A program made the position numbers and the translations under genes. 64,000 bases of DNA, from assembly GCA_029560805.1 (NCBI GenBank), contig JAKQKE010000250.1:529-64528 (forward strand), in the 5' to 3' direction. The first letter of the stretch is position 1, and the number at the start of each line of letters is the position of its first letter. The stretch is from Spirochaetota bacterium. Its GTDB lineage: Bacteria; Spirochaetota; Spirochaetia; Treponematales; UBA12059. Below, piece by piece: positions 10,201-17,775 of the stretch. The notes below the pieces were generated by a model, which was not told the DNA's origin, did not search any database, and saw only the letters and a list, made by a program, of their open reading frames with translations.

Positions 10201-10387
10201 TGTCCTGGCGTCGGTATGCTCCCCGTTCTTCACCACGAAGCGCGATCGTGGCGGCTCGGGGCTCGGTATGTCCGTCGCCCTCGGCCTGGTCCAAGACATG
10301 CGCGGCACCATCGATATACAATCGGAGCGCGGGGCCGGTACCGCCGTGACGATACGCATCCCGGTATGGCTCGGCGCGGAGGGCTGA
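7250..10387 (+). CDS. multidomain membrane sensor: 7TMR-DISM-like periplasmic and 7TM region, degenerate kinase module, degenerate receiver, functional HisKA/HATPase module
   Basis: Track ORF 6935-10387. I start it at ATG 7250 (ATGA overlap with the PHP stop) or at 7268. It has a signal/TM segment, a roughly 200-aa extracytoplasmic part and about 7 hydrophobic helices. The first dimerisation box, FMTATAAALRGPL, lacks the His. The REC domain has VLVAGNEP...IIDSAMPG...IVRP. The second module has SAGVAHEINTPNN, VLENALQAI, DEGAGMD and GGSGLGMS. Confidence 0.8.
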   Translation: MRPTAVMVRARGGAVAVIAVALLSLAPIVGRAAALGAVDLDDATVLAAPPPRVAGSEADYTRVLVDDEASLSDRLLVHVEGPRGLPLTAFTAEPDRTLFSRLPESGRRGVWNALREEPLASSTLWLCFRLDNRSPCAAWALVVEGAGFKPLAMVIVGGDGGIQHYGGESLDALRMGTSLADLSAYALNVPPESERTVYLRLSEGSLFGPGFGVWSHGLFLERSEARLGLMSGIAGFAVAACVFYLLLSSRGWPVPYSGGVRRADQALSYAMPTAACGSLLLSLTGGGVRHALALILGAAAAAMECVLAARRISTSPLDDGLGARRVAAAIATRALAALAFAAVIAFGSQRLASLALPTWLALAVSLAAGERLSAIATRSRASHAESKRLLARLESETRGGVDFMTATAAALRGPLHGMMGMLEDLEALVQDAPLPSRAASDLAIARAEAARLDILVSNILSYSGLGPNRLADENLDLASVARSAASLLRVSIAGKGVRVAVDAPVVEIRGDIGVAHRLLYTAMSHASRITGASLVRVSASSDESRVRVYVEDDGGALDSPSGTVVDKGQERIELDIDAVVLGRLAGLLGGTYRFERQSGMNVRVFDLPRLAPPGPADSRPRAMSEFPSSDDDGSGGPARPAGRVLVAGNEPVALLSIKRRLEASGWSVHATVSSADALDRALGRPPARAAAAQPYDIVIIDSAMPGMSGFEFCESVRRSKSPEALPIVVLLEPGRVDEVERAFRAGANDYIVRPASGLELAARVKTLVDLSSSVKRELRQATRLAEFDKYRTLAMLSAGVAHEINTPNNAVLRTVPMLKEIWSGIEPAVERLSLEEGGFSLGGFDYDDLRRDVPDMLNDLYMGAQDIKKIVEGLKDYARAPSESASLAVVDANEAIRYAARLLKHTIAVSTDRFSMTLSENLPKVKADRLKLTQVLVNVLENALQAISSRSDGVSVVSEPIDDLELGRSVAIRIADEGAGMDPDVLASVCSPFFTTKRDRGGSGLGMSVALGLVQDMRGTIDIQSERGAGTAVTIRIPVWLGAEG

Positions 10388-10392
10388 TCATC

Positions 10393-11799
10393 ATGGACGA
10401 GAAACGCGGTTCGGTCATCGTCGTCGACGACGACGTCGGAGTGCTGAGGCGGCTGGACCGCCTGCTGCGCTTCGAAGGCTACGGAGAGGTGATCATGTGC
10501 GAGCGGGCCGACGACGCGTGGCCGGCGCTGCGCGCGTCCCGGCCGATAGCCATGATCCTCGACCTGATGATGCCCGGAGTCGACGGCTACGCGACGCTCG
10601 AGCGGATGAGGGAGGAGCGGCCCGACGTACCGGTCATCGTCGCCACGGCGATCGACGACCTGGATACCGTCGTCCGATGCATGAAGGCGGGCGCCTTCGA
10701 CTACGTACCGAAGACGGCCGAGACCTCGAGGCTCCTGGCGAGCCTCGAGCATGCCGCGATGATAGGCAGGCTGCTCGAGGACAATAAAGCCCTGCGCGAC
10801 AGCCTGCTCCACGACGACAAGAGCTCCATCGGCTTCTTCGAGGGCATCGTCACGCGCGACAAGAAGATGAGCGACATCTTCAGGTACCTGGCGGCTATCG
10901 CCAAGAGCGACAAGCCCATCCTGATCTGTGGAGAGTCGGGCACCGGCAAGGAGTTGTTCGCCTCGGCGGCCCACGCCGCCTCGGGACGATCGGGAGAGCT
11001 CGTAACGGTCAATATCGCCGGCCTCGACGACGCGATGTTCAGCGATACGCTGTTTGGGCATAAGCGGGGGGCCTTTACCGGAGCCGATACCGACCGGCTC
11101 GGCCTGATCGAGCAGGCCAAGGGCGGCACGCTGTTCCTCGACGAGATAGGCGACCTTCCACAGCAGAGCCAGGTCAAGCTACTCAGGTTGATCGAGCAGC
11201 GCCGATACTACCCTCTCGGCGCTGACATGACACGCTCGTCCGATGCTCTGATCGTCGCGGCGACGAACCGCGATCTCGAGCGGGCCTGCGCCGCGGGCGA
11301 GTTTAGGCCGGATCTATACTTCAGGCTGGAGACGCACCTGATACGGTTGCCGCCGCTCCGCGAGCGCCGCGACGACCTGCCGCTACTGGTCGAAGTCTTC
11401 GTCGCCAGGGCCGCCGAGAAATTCGGGAAGCCTGCGCCGGGCGTGCCGATCGAACTCTACGACTTGCTCGGCGCCTACGATTTCCCCGGTAACGTGCGCG
11501 AGCTCGAGTCGATGGTGCACGACGCTGTAGGACGCGCCGACGGCAGGATGCTGTCGCTCGATTCGTTCCGTCGCCGGGTGTTCAAGCCAGGCGCGCGCCC
11601 GGTCGCGGCGTCTCCCGTGGCCAAGAACGTATTCTCTACGCTGGCTACCCTCCCGACCCTGCGAGAGGCGTCCGACGCGCTGATAGCGGAAGCCCTGGCG
11701 CGCTCGGGCGGCAATCAGGGCGTAGCCGCCGGTCTCTTGGGCCTGTCCAGGACGGCCTTGAACCGGCGCATCAAGCTTCGTATCGAGGAAGACGCTTAA
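10393..11799 (+). CDS. sigma-54-dependent response regulator (REC - AAA+ EBP - Fis-type HTH; NtrC family)
   Basis: Internal ATG 10393 of ORF 10216-11799 (MDEKRGSVIVVDDD), 5 nt after the kinase stop. It has D in ILDLMMPGVDG, Walker A GESGTGKE, the GAFTGA loop, Walker B LFLDEIGD and a C-terminal HTH LLGLSRTALNRRIK. Confidence 0.9.
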   Translation: MDEKRGSVIVVDDDVGVLRRLDRLLRFEGYGEVIMCERADDAWPALRASRPIAMILDLMMPGVDGYATLERMREERPDVPVIVATAIDDLDTVVRCMKAGAFDYVPKTAETSRLLASLEHAAMIGRLLEDNKALRDSLLHDDKSSIGFFEGIVTRDKKMSDIFRYLAAIAKSDKPILICGESGTGKELFASAAHAASGRSGELVTVNIAGLDDAMFSDTLFGHKRGAFTGADTDRLGLIEQAKGGTLFLDEIGDLPQQSQVKLLRLIEQRRYYPLGADMTRSSDALIVAATNRDLERACAAGEFRPDLYFRLETHLIRLPPLRERRDDLPLLVEVFVARAAEKFGKPAPGVPIELYDLLGAYDFPGNVRELESMVHDAVGRADGRMLSLDSFRRRVFKPGARPVAASPVAKNVFSTLATLPTLREASDALIAEALARSGGNQGVAAGLLGLSRTALNRRIKLRIEEDA

Positions 11800-11983
11800 G
11801 GCGGATTCCGGGTTGCCCGCTACGTCTCAGCCAGTACCTATCGCCGCCGATGATGGGGATGGCCATGCAAGAAGGGTGTGCAAAATTCGACACGAGGCGC
11901 TTTTGGTACATGCTGCTTATATCATTTTCTGGAAAGAAGATAGCTATTGATATAGCTTCTTGGCAGACTTGTAGTGGCAAGTA

Positions 11984-12019
11984 GTCGACAACATTGTCGT
12001 TTCGGCGATGGTTGTCGAG
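11984..12019. promoter_or_regulatory. candidate enhancer (UAS): three CGACAA/TTGTCG half-sites
   Basis: Palindrome CGACAAcaTTGTCG at 11986-11999, plus TTGTCG at 12012-12017. The outer pair reads TCGACAAC...GTTGTCGA. It is centred about 75-90 bp upstream of the -24 element and is followed by an almost pure A/T tract (12026-12055). Confidence 0.35.
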
Positions 12020-12074
12020 CCGCATAAATCATTAATATATAAATATATACATTGCGTTCACTCCCTTGTGATCT

Positions 12075-12090
12075 TGGCACGGTAATTGCT
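12075..12090 (+). promoter_or_regulatory. sigma-54 (-24/-12) promoter
   Basis: cTTGGCACGGTAATTGCTt equals TGGCACG-N4-TTGCT, a complete match to the YTGGCACGrNNNTTGCW consensus with correct GG-N10-GC spacing. It is intergenic and lies immediately downstream of an EBP gene. Confidence 0.6.
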
Positions 12091-12099
12091 TTATACCAT

Positions 12100-12238
12100 G
12101 TGGTTGGTTGAGCCCCAAGTCAGGTAAAAAATGGTATGTAAACAAGTGATGTAAACAAGTCGCGGTAAACAATGGGGGTAATGTAAACATCGTGAATCCG
12201 AGATAGCGGAACGTCAGGGCCGACGTTCCGCTTTTTTT
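12100..12238 (+). ncRNA. candidate sigma-54-dependent small RNA (about 140 nt) with four GTAAACA repeats
   Basis: The 5' end is inferred about 12 nt downstream of the -12 GC. GTAAACA occurs at 12138, 12151, 12165 and 12183 (three as ATGTAAACA). No ORF exceeds 7 codons. It ends in the intrinsic terminator at 12206-12238. It could alternatively be an attenuated leader of the gene at 12327. Confidence 0.45.
12206..12238 (+). terminator. Rho-independent terminator
   Basis: Perfect 10-bp stem GCGGAACGTC / GACGTTCCGC, 6-nt loop AGGGCC, then TTTTTTT. Confidence 0.75.
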
Positions 12239-12326
12239 GCGTCCGGCCCGGCGCAACCTCGCCGGGTGGCCGCGGTCGAACATGGCAAGGAAGCGGCGCT
12301 CGACGCCGCCCTCGAAAGGTCGTTCG

Positions 12327-12998
12327 ATGTCAGATCGCGTTTACTCCGCTCCGGAAGTCTCCCCCGCCCGCTATCCTCTCGGCGAGGAAATTGCCAACGC
12401 CATAACGCACGGCGTCTGGGCCCTTCTGTCTATCGCCGGCCTTGTCGTGCTGATCGTATCGGCCGCGACGCGTGGGGACGCATGGTACGTCGTTTCGTTC
12501 GCAATATTCGGTGCTAGCGCCGTCGTGCTATTCACCATGTCGACGATCTACCACGCGGTCGCAGCCCCGAAGGCCAAGAAGGTCCTCCGGGTCATCGACC
12601 ACTCGTCGGTCTATCTCCTGATAGCCGGTACCTATACGCCGTTCGCCCTGACCGCGCTCAGGCCGACGATAGGGTGGGTCGTGTTCGGCGTTATCTGGGG
12701 CGCTGCCGCGCTCGGCATCGCCCTCAAGCCCTTCCTGACGGGCAAGATGAAGTTCGTCTCCACTGTCGCCTACGTGCTGATGGGATGGATCATCGTCTTC
12801 GCGTGGAAGCCGCTTGCTGCCGCCGTCGACGTCGCGGCCCTACGGTACCTCGTCGCCGGAGGCCTGGCCTATACGATCGGCGCCGCCTTCTACCTGCTCA
12901 AAAGACGGTGCTGGACCCACCCGGTATGGCACCTGTTCGTCGGTGCCGGCGCGACGCTCCACTTCTTCGCGGCGCTGGCGCTGCTACCTCAGGGCTGA
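12327..12998 (+). CDS. hemolysin III / PAQR-family membrane protein
   Basis: ORF 12237-12998. Start moved to ATG 12327 (MSDRVYS), because the upstream part overlaps the terminator. Motifs EEIANAITHG, STIYH, DHSSVYLLIAGTYTPF and a C-terminal HLFV with 7 TM helices are present. Confidence 0.85.
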   Translation: MSDRVYSAPEVSPARYPLGEEIANAITHGVWALLSIAGLVVLIVSAATRGDAWYVVSFAIFGASAVVLFTMSTIYHAVAAPKAKKVLRVIDHSSVYLLIAGTYTPFALTALRPTIGWVVFGVIWGAAALGIALKPFLTGKMKFVSTVAYVLMGWIIVFAWKPLAAAVDVAALRYLVAGGLAYTIGAAFYLLKRRCWTHPVWHLFVGAGATLHFFAALALLPQG

Positions 12999-13456
12999 CG
13001 CGAGCCTGGGCGGCGAGGTAGCCTCGGCTTCTTGAGCCAGAGAATCCTCGACGCCGCCGACGCTACCGCCAGGCCACCGGCGATGGCTCCGGCCAGCGTC
13101 AGCGTCTCGAAGCCGACGCTCGCGCTAGCGGCGGCGCGGCCGTTGACCGCCTCGAGCATGGTGCGGTACATGCCCGCGCCGGGCACGAGCGGTATGATGG
13201 CCGACAGGATGAACAGGGTGGCCGGCCGTTTAAGGCAGGACGCCATGGCCTCCGCATAGAGGCCGACCGCGACGCTCGCGGCGAAGTACGATAGGGTGTC
13301 GGAGCCGGTGGCCGCCTTGAAGGCCAGGTAGGCGCCCCACGATACGGCACCCCCGAGGGCGGTGAATGGCAGGTCGCGGAGCGGGGCCCTGAACAGTACC
13401 CCGAAGCCGAGGGTGGCCAGGAAGGCCCAGGCCAGCTGGACGGCCTGGGCGCTCAC
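12989..13456 (-). CDS. threonine/serine exporter family, small subunit (ThrE_2 / DUF3815-like)
   Basis: C-terminal 155 aa of ORF 12989-13912, starting at GTG 13456, which overlaps the upstream stop (GTGA). Four hydrophobic helices. The Arg-rich N-terminal extension in the track ORF is non-coding-like. Confidence 0.7.
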   Translation of the reverse strand: MSAQAVQLAWAFLATLGFGVLFRAPLRDLPFTALGGAVSWGAYLAFKAATGSDTLSYFAASVAVGLYAEAMASCLKRPATLFILSAIIPLVPGAGMYRTMLEAVNGRAAASASVGFETLTLAGAIAGGLAVASAASRILWLKKPRLPRRPGSRQP

Positions 13457-14241
13457 GGCGTCGGTCCTGAGATCAGCATGGCCAGCTGCAGCGCCAAGCC
13501 GACGCCGATCGAGATGCCGGCCGCCGAGATGAACGCGTCGGCCGCCCGGGCTATGCCAGCCACCAGGTCGCCGGCTATCAAGTCCCGTATGGCATTGACT
13601 ATGAGCACGCCGGGCACGAGTAGCATGATGGAGCCGATGATCATCGCGTCGGTATTGCCCGCGACGCGGAGGGCCTCGGCGCCGATGGCGACGGCGGCCG
13701 CGAAGGCTCCGCCGACAATATTGGAGAAGAAAACCGACAGCTTCATGCCGCCGAGCGCCGACGTTATCCTGCCTATGACGAGGCCGATCCCGGCCGAGAC
13801 CAGCGCGTCGTTCCAGGCGCCGCCGAATAGCAGGCAGAAGAAGCCGGTAACGAAGGCGGCGCCGACGGCGGGTATCGGCCGCGGGTAGGCGCCGAGCGCG
13901 TCTATGGCGCATAGCTCCCGCTCTATCCCGTCCCGATCGAGTCTGCCCGATACGGCGTCCCGCGCGAGCGCGTTGACGCGGGTGATCTTGTCCAGGTTCA
14001 GCTGGTGCTTGCGTATGCGCCTGACGACCGCCCTGCCGCGCCCGTACCGGTCGTCGCAGGACGCCATGAAGCCGGTCGGCGTGGCGAAGGCCTCCGGCTC
14101 GAGCGCTCCGAGGGCCGAGGCCACGGCGGACATGACTTCCTCGGCCCGGTAGGTCTCGCCGCCGGACTCGAGCACGATGCGGGCGGCTTCGGCAGACAGC
14201 CTGAGCGCGTCGTCGGTATTGTCCTCGTCGTCCGTCGTCAT
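13453..14241 (-). CDS. threonine/serine exporter family, large subunit (ThrE / DUF1212-like)
   Basis: ORF 13453-14241. SGGETYRAEEV near the N-terminus followed by 5 TM helices. Paired with the small subunit downstream. Confidence 0.75.
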   Translation of the reverse strand: MTTDDEDNTDDALRLSAEAARIVLESGGETYRAEEVMSAVASALGALEPEAFATPTGFMASCDDRYGRGRAVVRRIRKHQLNLDKITRVNALARDAVSGRLDRDGIERELCAIDALGAYPRPIPAVGAAFVTGFFCLLFGGAWNDALVSAGIGLVIGRITSALGGMKLSVFFSNIVGGAFAAAVAIGAEALRVAGNTDAMIIGSIMLLVPGVLIVNAIRDLIAGDLVAGIARAADAFISAAGISIGVGLALQLAMLISGPTP

Positions 14242-14900
14242 TCCAGCCCCACGTACATCGCCATGGTCACGTGCAGCATGCCCTCGTCGAAGATGCGCTC
14301 GTTGCCGGTCCAGGCGTTGTAGACGGGCATGAGCCCGCGGACGCCGAAGGCGAAGGTAAAATTCTGCTGTAGGTAGACGTCGAAACGCAACGAGGCGGAG
14401 GGGTAGAACCAGCGGCCGTCGGACCAGAAGTACGAGGCTATAGCCGCGAGGTTGCCGGCCATTGCTTCCTCGACGCCCGCCGTCGTGTCGTTCTTGAAGG
14501 AGGCGCGCAGCACAAAGGCTGGCCCGAGGCCGAAGGCGCCGCCTAGGCGTTCGCCGAAGCGGAAGCTGGCGGTCAGCGGCAGATCGACGATGAAGCCGAG
14601 CACGAAGGCGTTATTGCCCTCGCCGGTCTCCGACTCGGTTGGTACGGCGCGGCCCTCGTACCACTTGTAATTGGTCCAGTAGAGATCGAGCGCCGGCTGG
14701 AGGCTCAGAAAGAAGCCCTTGGAGAACGATATGGCCAGCGCACCGCCCAAGGTGTTCGTGACCGGGACGAGCGGCAGCGGGTCGTACTGGTTGTTGACGA
14801 TGATGACGCCGAAGCGGCCCGACGCCGCCTCCAGGTCCCATGCGCTCGCGGAGGCGATCGCGGCCGCTGCAATGGCCGCCGCCAAGACGATTCTCTTCAT
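14238..14900 (-). CDS. secreted hypothetical protein, beta-barrel-like
   Basis: ORF 14238-14900. Signal peptide MKRIVLAAAIAAAAIASASA, alternating aromatic/aliphatic strands, ATGA overlap with the next gene. No family recognised. Confidence 0.5.
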   Translation of the reverse strand: MKRIVLAAAIAAAAIASASAWDLEAASGRFGVIIVNNQYDPLPLVPVTNTLGGALAISFSKGFFLSLQPALDLYWTNYKWYEGRAVPTESETGEGNNAFVLGFIVDLPLTASFRFGERLGGAFGLGPAFVLRASFKNDTTAGVEEAMAGNLAAIASYFWSDGRWFYPSASLRFDVYLQQNFTFAFGVRGLMPVYNAWTGNERIFDEGMLHVTMAMYVGLE

Positions 14901-14928
14901 CGTATTGCTACTATAGCGCGCCGACGGC

Positions 14929-16053
14929 TCATTTCCTAGGGGCGTCGAGGATCACCAGACCGCTCGCCCATAGGTACGGGAAGGAGCCGGCCTCCCAGAG
15001 TAGGATCAGGGCGTCTTCGAGCAGGACCGCGTCCCTAACGGTCGCGCCCGGATAGGGCGGTACGGGGGAGGGGTCGACGATGACGCCCGAGGCTCCGTCG
15101 GCTAGCACGACGCGCCAGTCGTCGGTGGCGACGCAGGCGCGGTCGCCGTATAGATGGCCCCAGGCCGGCGCGGCTTGGCCTGGGTCGCCGCGGACGAAGG
15201 CCCTTCGCGAGCCGTCGGGCAGGCGAGCCTCGAGCAGGACGGGCCCGCCAATGGCGGCGACGGCCGCTCGCAACGCCTCGGGCGCTCGTTCCATGGGTTC
15301 GGGGGCGACAAGGCGCTCGAAGTCCTCCCGGGTCACGGGGCTTGTCCGTATCGTCTCCGGTTCGCCCGATTCGAGGCTCAGCCTGGCGTAGGCCGTCGTG
15401 ACCCGTTCCGTGGTCTCCGTGCGGTATTGGGCCAGCCACTCGCCAGGAGCGCGGGGATACGCGGCGAAGGCGTCGTCGCCGAGGCCCGGTCGAACGATCC
15501 TCGCTCGATCAAGCGTGGCGGCTATAGTCACCGAAGCGGGTGACCGCCGCTCGGCCAGCTCGTAGACCGGGTGCCGGTAGAGGAGGAAGACGGCGTCACC
15601 GCCCGAGCCCCAGGACGGTGCGACGGTTCGCCCGTCGAATTCGGCCGCCGCGCCGTCGATCGGCTCGATCAGGACGCTAGCGGCGACGTCGGGGGCCGAG
15701 CGCCGGATCGTCAGGCGACTGAGACCCTTCCGGTTTATGGCGACGACGGCGCCGCCGACGATCGGCTGTATCGTCGCCGCGGAGACCGCGATCGGGAAGG
15801 GTTCCGAGACCGGCTCGGCAGGAACCGAACCGGTCTCGGGCGGGGGCAGCGGATACAAGCCACCCGAAGCGTCCACCGCCAGCACGAGCGTCCCGCCGGG
15901 AGCTAGCTGGAAGCCGGGCTCGGGTGCCGGAGCAGCCTCGGGCCGCGGCGCTCCGCCCGAGCAGGCGGAGAATAGCACGGCTATTGCAGCGAGGGCCGCG
16001 GGTAGCGCGGCGGGCCATGGTGCGTGGGCATAGCGAGTCGATCGTCCGGTCAT
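14929..16053 (-). CDS. hypothetical lipoprotein
   Basis: ORF 14929-16053. The N-terminal hydrophobic segment ends in a lipobox-like VLFSAC. No recognisable domain. Confidence 0.5.
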   Translation of the reverse strand: MTGRSTRYAHAPWPAALPAALAAIAVLFSACSGGAPRPEAAPAPEPGFQLAPGGTLVLAVDASGGLYPLPPPETGSVPAEPVSEPFPIAVSAATIQPIVGGAVVAINRKGLSRLTIRRSAPDVAASVLIEPIDGAAAEFDGRTVAPSWGSGGDAVFLLYRHPVYELAERRSPASVTIAATLDRARIVRPGLGDDAFAAYPRAPGEWLAQYRTETTERVTTAYARLSLESGEPETIRTSPVTREDFERLVAPEPMERAPEALRAAVAAIGGPVLLEARLPDGSRRAFVRGDPGQAAPAWGHLYGDRACVATDDWRVVLADGASGVIVDPSPVPPYPGATVRDAVLLEDALILLWEAGSFPYLWASGLVILDAPRK

Positions 16054-16087
16054 GGCGCCAGTCTAGCAGGAGAACGGCGATGCCGGA

Positions 16088-16124
16088 AGACGAAAACGCC
16101 GCCCCGCGACGGGCGCGGGGCGGC
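16088..16124 (-). terminator. terminator after proS
   Basis: Minus strand: GCCGCCCCGCG-cccgt-CGCGGGGCGGC (perfect 11-bp stem) followed by GUUUUCGUCUU, 23 nt after the proS stop. Confidence 0.6.
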
Positions 16125-16146
16125 GGCTTGGTCCGTAGGGCCGGTC

Positions 16147-17634
16147 TCAGTACGACCGTGCGAAGATTGCGCGGTGCTTGGCCGGCTCGCCGCAGAGGCA
16201 GCAGGCGCCGTCGCAACCGTCCTGCTGGCCGAATGGCAGGTTGCGTATCGTCACCTTCAGGTCGGCCTTGAGCTGGGCCTCGCAGTCTCTGCCGCCGCAC
16301 CATAGGCCGCGGGCGAATCCGCCGGGAGCCTCGACGGTGCCTTCGTGCAGCTCGCCGTCGGCGTCGAGCTTGCCTTTCTCCTTGCCGAAGAACCGTACGA
16401 GCTCGTCGCGATCGGCGACGTCCTTCGTATTGGCGTCCTGGAAGGCCCTGGCCTTCTCCAGGAGGTCCTTCTGCATCGCGGCGAGGGTCTCGCGCGCCTT
16501 TGCCGGCACTTCATCGACCTTGACGAAGGTCTTCTCCCCGGTGTCGCGGCGCACCATCACGACGGTGCCGTTGGCCGCGTCCTTGGGGCCGGCCTCGATA
16601 CGGATAGGCACGCCGCGCATCTCCCACTCGGCGAACTTCCAGCCGGGGCTCGAGCCATCGTCGGTATCGAAGACCACGCGTCGGCCGTCGGCCTTGAGCG
16701 CGTCGACGACCTTGCCCGCGTATTCGAGCACGGCGGCCTTGTTGTCGGTCTTGAAGATCGGCACGACGACGATCTCCTCGCTGGCCAGCGACGGCGGCAG
16801 CACGAGGCCCTTGTCGTCGGAGTGCGTCATGATGATGGCGCCGAGCAGCCTCGTCGACACGCCCCAGCTCGTCGCCCAGACGTAGTCGAGGCCGCCTTCG
16901 CGGGTCTGGTACTGTACCTCGAAGGCCTTGGCGAAATTCTGGCCGAGGAAGTGGCTGGTGCCGGCCTGCAGGGCTTTCTTGTCCTGCATCATCGCCTCGA
17001 TGGAATACGTGGCGACCGCGCCGGCGAATTTCTCCGCGTCGCTCTTGCGACCGGCCACGACCGGCAGGCAGAGGTACTCCTCGGCGAAGGCCCGGTAGAC
17101 CTCGAGCATCGTCTCGGTCTCCTTGAGCGCCTCGTCCTTCGTCTCGTGAGCCGTATGGCCTTCCTGCCAGAGGAACTCGGTGGTGCGGAGGAAGAGCCTG
17201 GTACGCTTCTCCCATCGGACAACGTTGGCCCACTGGTTATAGAGCAGGGGCAGATCACGCCAGGACTGGATCCAGTCGCGGTACTTGCTCCAAATAATCG
17301 TCTCGCTCGTGGGCCTGACGGCGAGAGGCTCCTCGAGCTCCTCGCCGCCCGCGTGCGTCACGACCGCCAGCTCCGGTTTGAAGCCTTCCACGTGCTCCGC
17401 TTCCTTTTTGAGGAAGCTCATGGGTATGAACATGGGGAAATACGCGTTCTGGTGCCCCGTCGCCTTGAAGCGGCGGTCGAGCTCGGCCTGGAGGCGCTCC
17501 CAGATCGCGTAGCCGCGCGGCCTGATGACCATGCACCCCTTGACCGGCGAGTAGTCCGCCAGCTTCGCGTTGAGTACGATGTCGATATACCACTGAGAGT
17601 AGTCGACGCTCCGGGGGGTGATCTTTTCGGCCAT
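16147..17634 (-). CDS. proS: prolyl-tRNA synthetase (archaeal/eukaryote-like class IIa type)
   Basis: ORF 16147-17706. Start at ATG 17634 ([20 protein letters not shown]). Typical blocks [27 protein letters not shown] and a C-terminal zinc-type CGG...C...C..CG...Y tail are present. Confidence 0.9.
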   Translation of the reverse strand: MAEKITPRSVDYSQWYIDIVLNAKLADYSPVKGCMVIRPRGYAIWERLQAELDRRFKATGHQNAYFPMFIPMSFLKKEAEHVEGFKPELAVVTHAGGEELEEPLAVRPTSETIIWSKYRDWIQSWRDLPLLYNQWANVVRWEKRTRLFLRTTEFLWQEGHTAHETKDEALKETETMLEVYRAFAEEYLCLPVVAGRKSDAEKFAGAVATYSIEAMMQDKKALQAGTSHFLGQNFAKAFEVQYQTREGGLDYVWATSWGVSTRLLGAIIMTHSDDKGLVLPPSLASEEIVVVPIFKTDNKAAVLEYAGKVVDALKADGRRVVFDTDDGSSPGWKFAEWEMRGVPIRIEAGPKDAANGTVVMVRRDTGEKTFVKVDEVPAKARETLAAMQKDLLEKARAFQDANTKDVADRDELVRFFGKEKGKLDADGELHEGTVEAPGGFARGLWCGGRDCEAQLKADLKVTIRNLPFGQQDGCDGACCLCGEPAKHRAIFARSY

Positions 17635-17775
17635 GGCTGTACCTCGCAAGGGGCTTGGCGGCCTCGAGCGGCCGCCGCGTTTACGCCGCGAGGCGCCGGC
17701 CCGCAATGGACCCGCGCCTCGCGGTCTGGATGATTCTATACGATATGGCGCCGCCTGTTCAACGGCGACGGAGGC

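Noticed and set aside
12131-12154. Mini-ORF ATG GTA TGT AAA CAA GTG ATG TAA (MVCKQVM) and the ATGTAA start-stop units inside the candidate sRNA
   Set aside because: I cannot support a leader peptide from sequence alone. AGG 7 nt upstream is a weak RBS. The ATG/TAA triplets are more simply part of the repeated GTAAACA motif.
11771-12283. ORFs 11771-12025 (-) and 12032-12283 (-) in the AT-rich island
   Set aside because: They have no RBS and odd composition. They run antisense through the EBP 3' end, the sigma-54 promoter and the terminator hairpin. The region is better explained as regulatory or RNA-coding.
16345-17733. 462-aa plus-strand ORF. Similar long shadow ORFs are 342-1253, 9940-11061, 37023-38216 and 3005-3754.
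   Set aside because: All lie antisense to genes with clear family motifs (proS, permease, kinase/EBP, PLD, Moco subunit). All have Arg/Gly/Asp/His-rich compositions and no recognisable domains.
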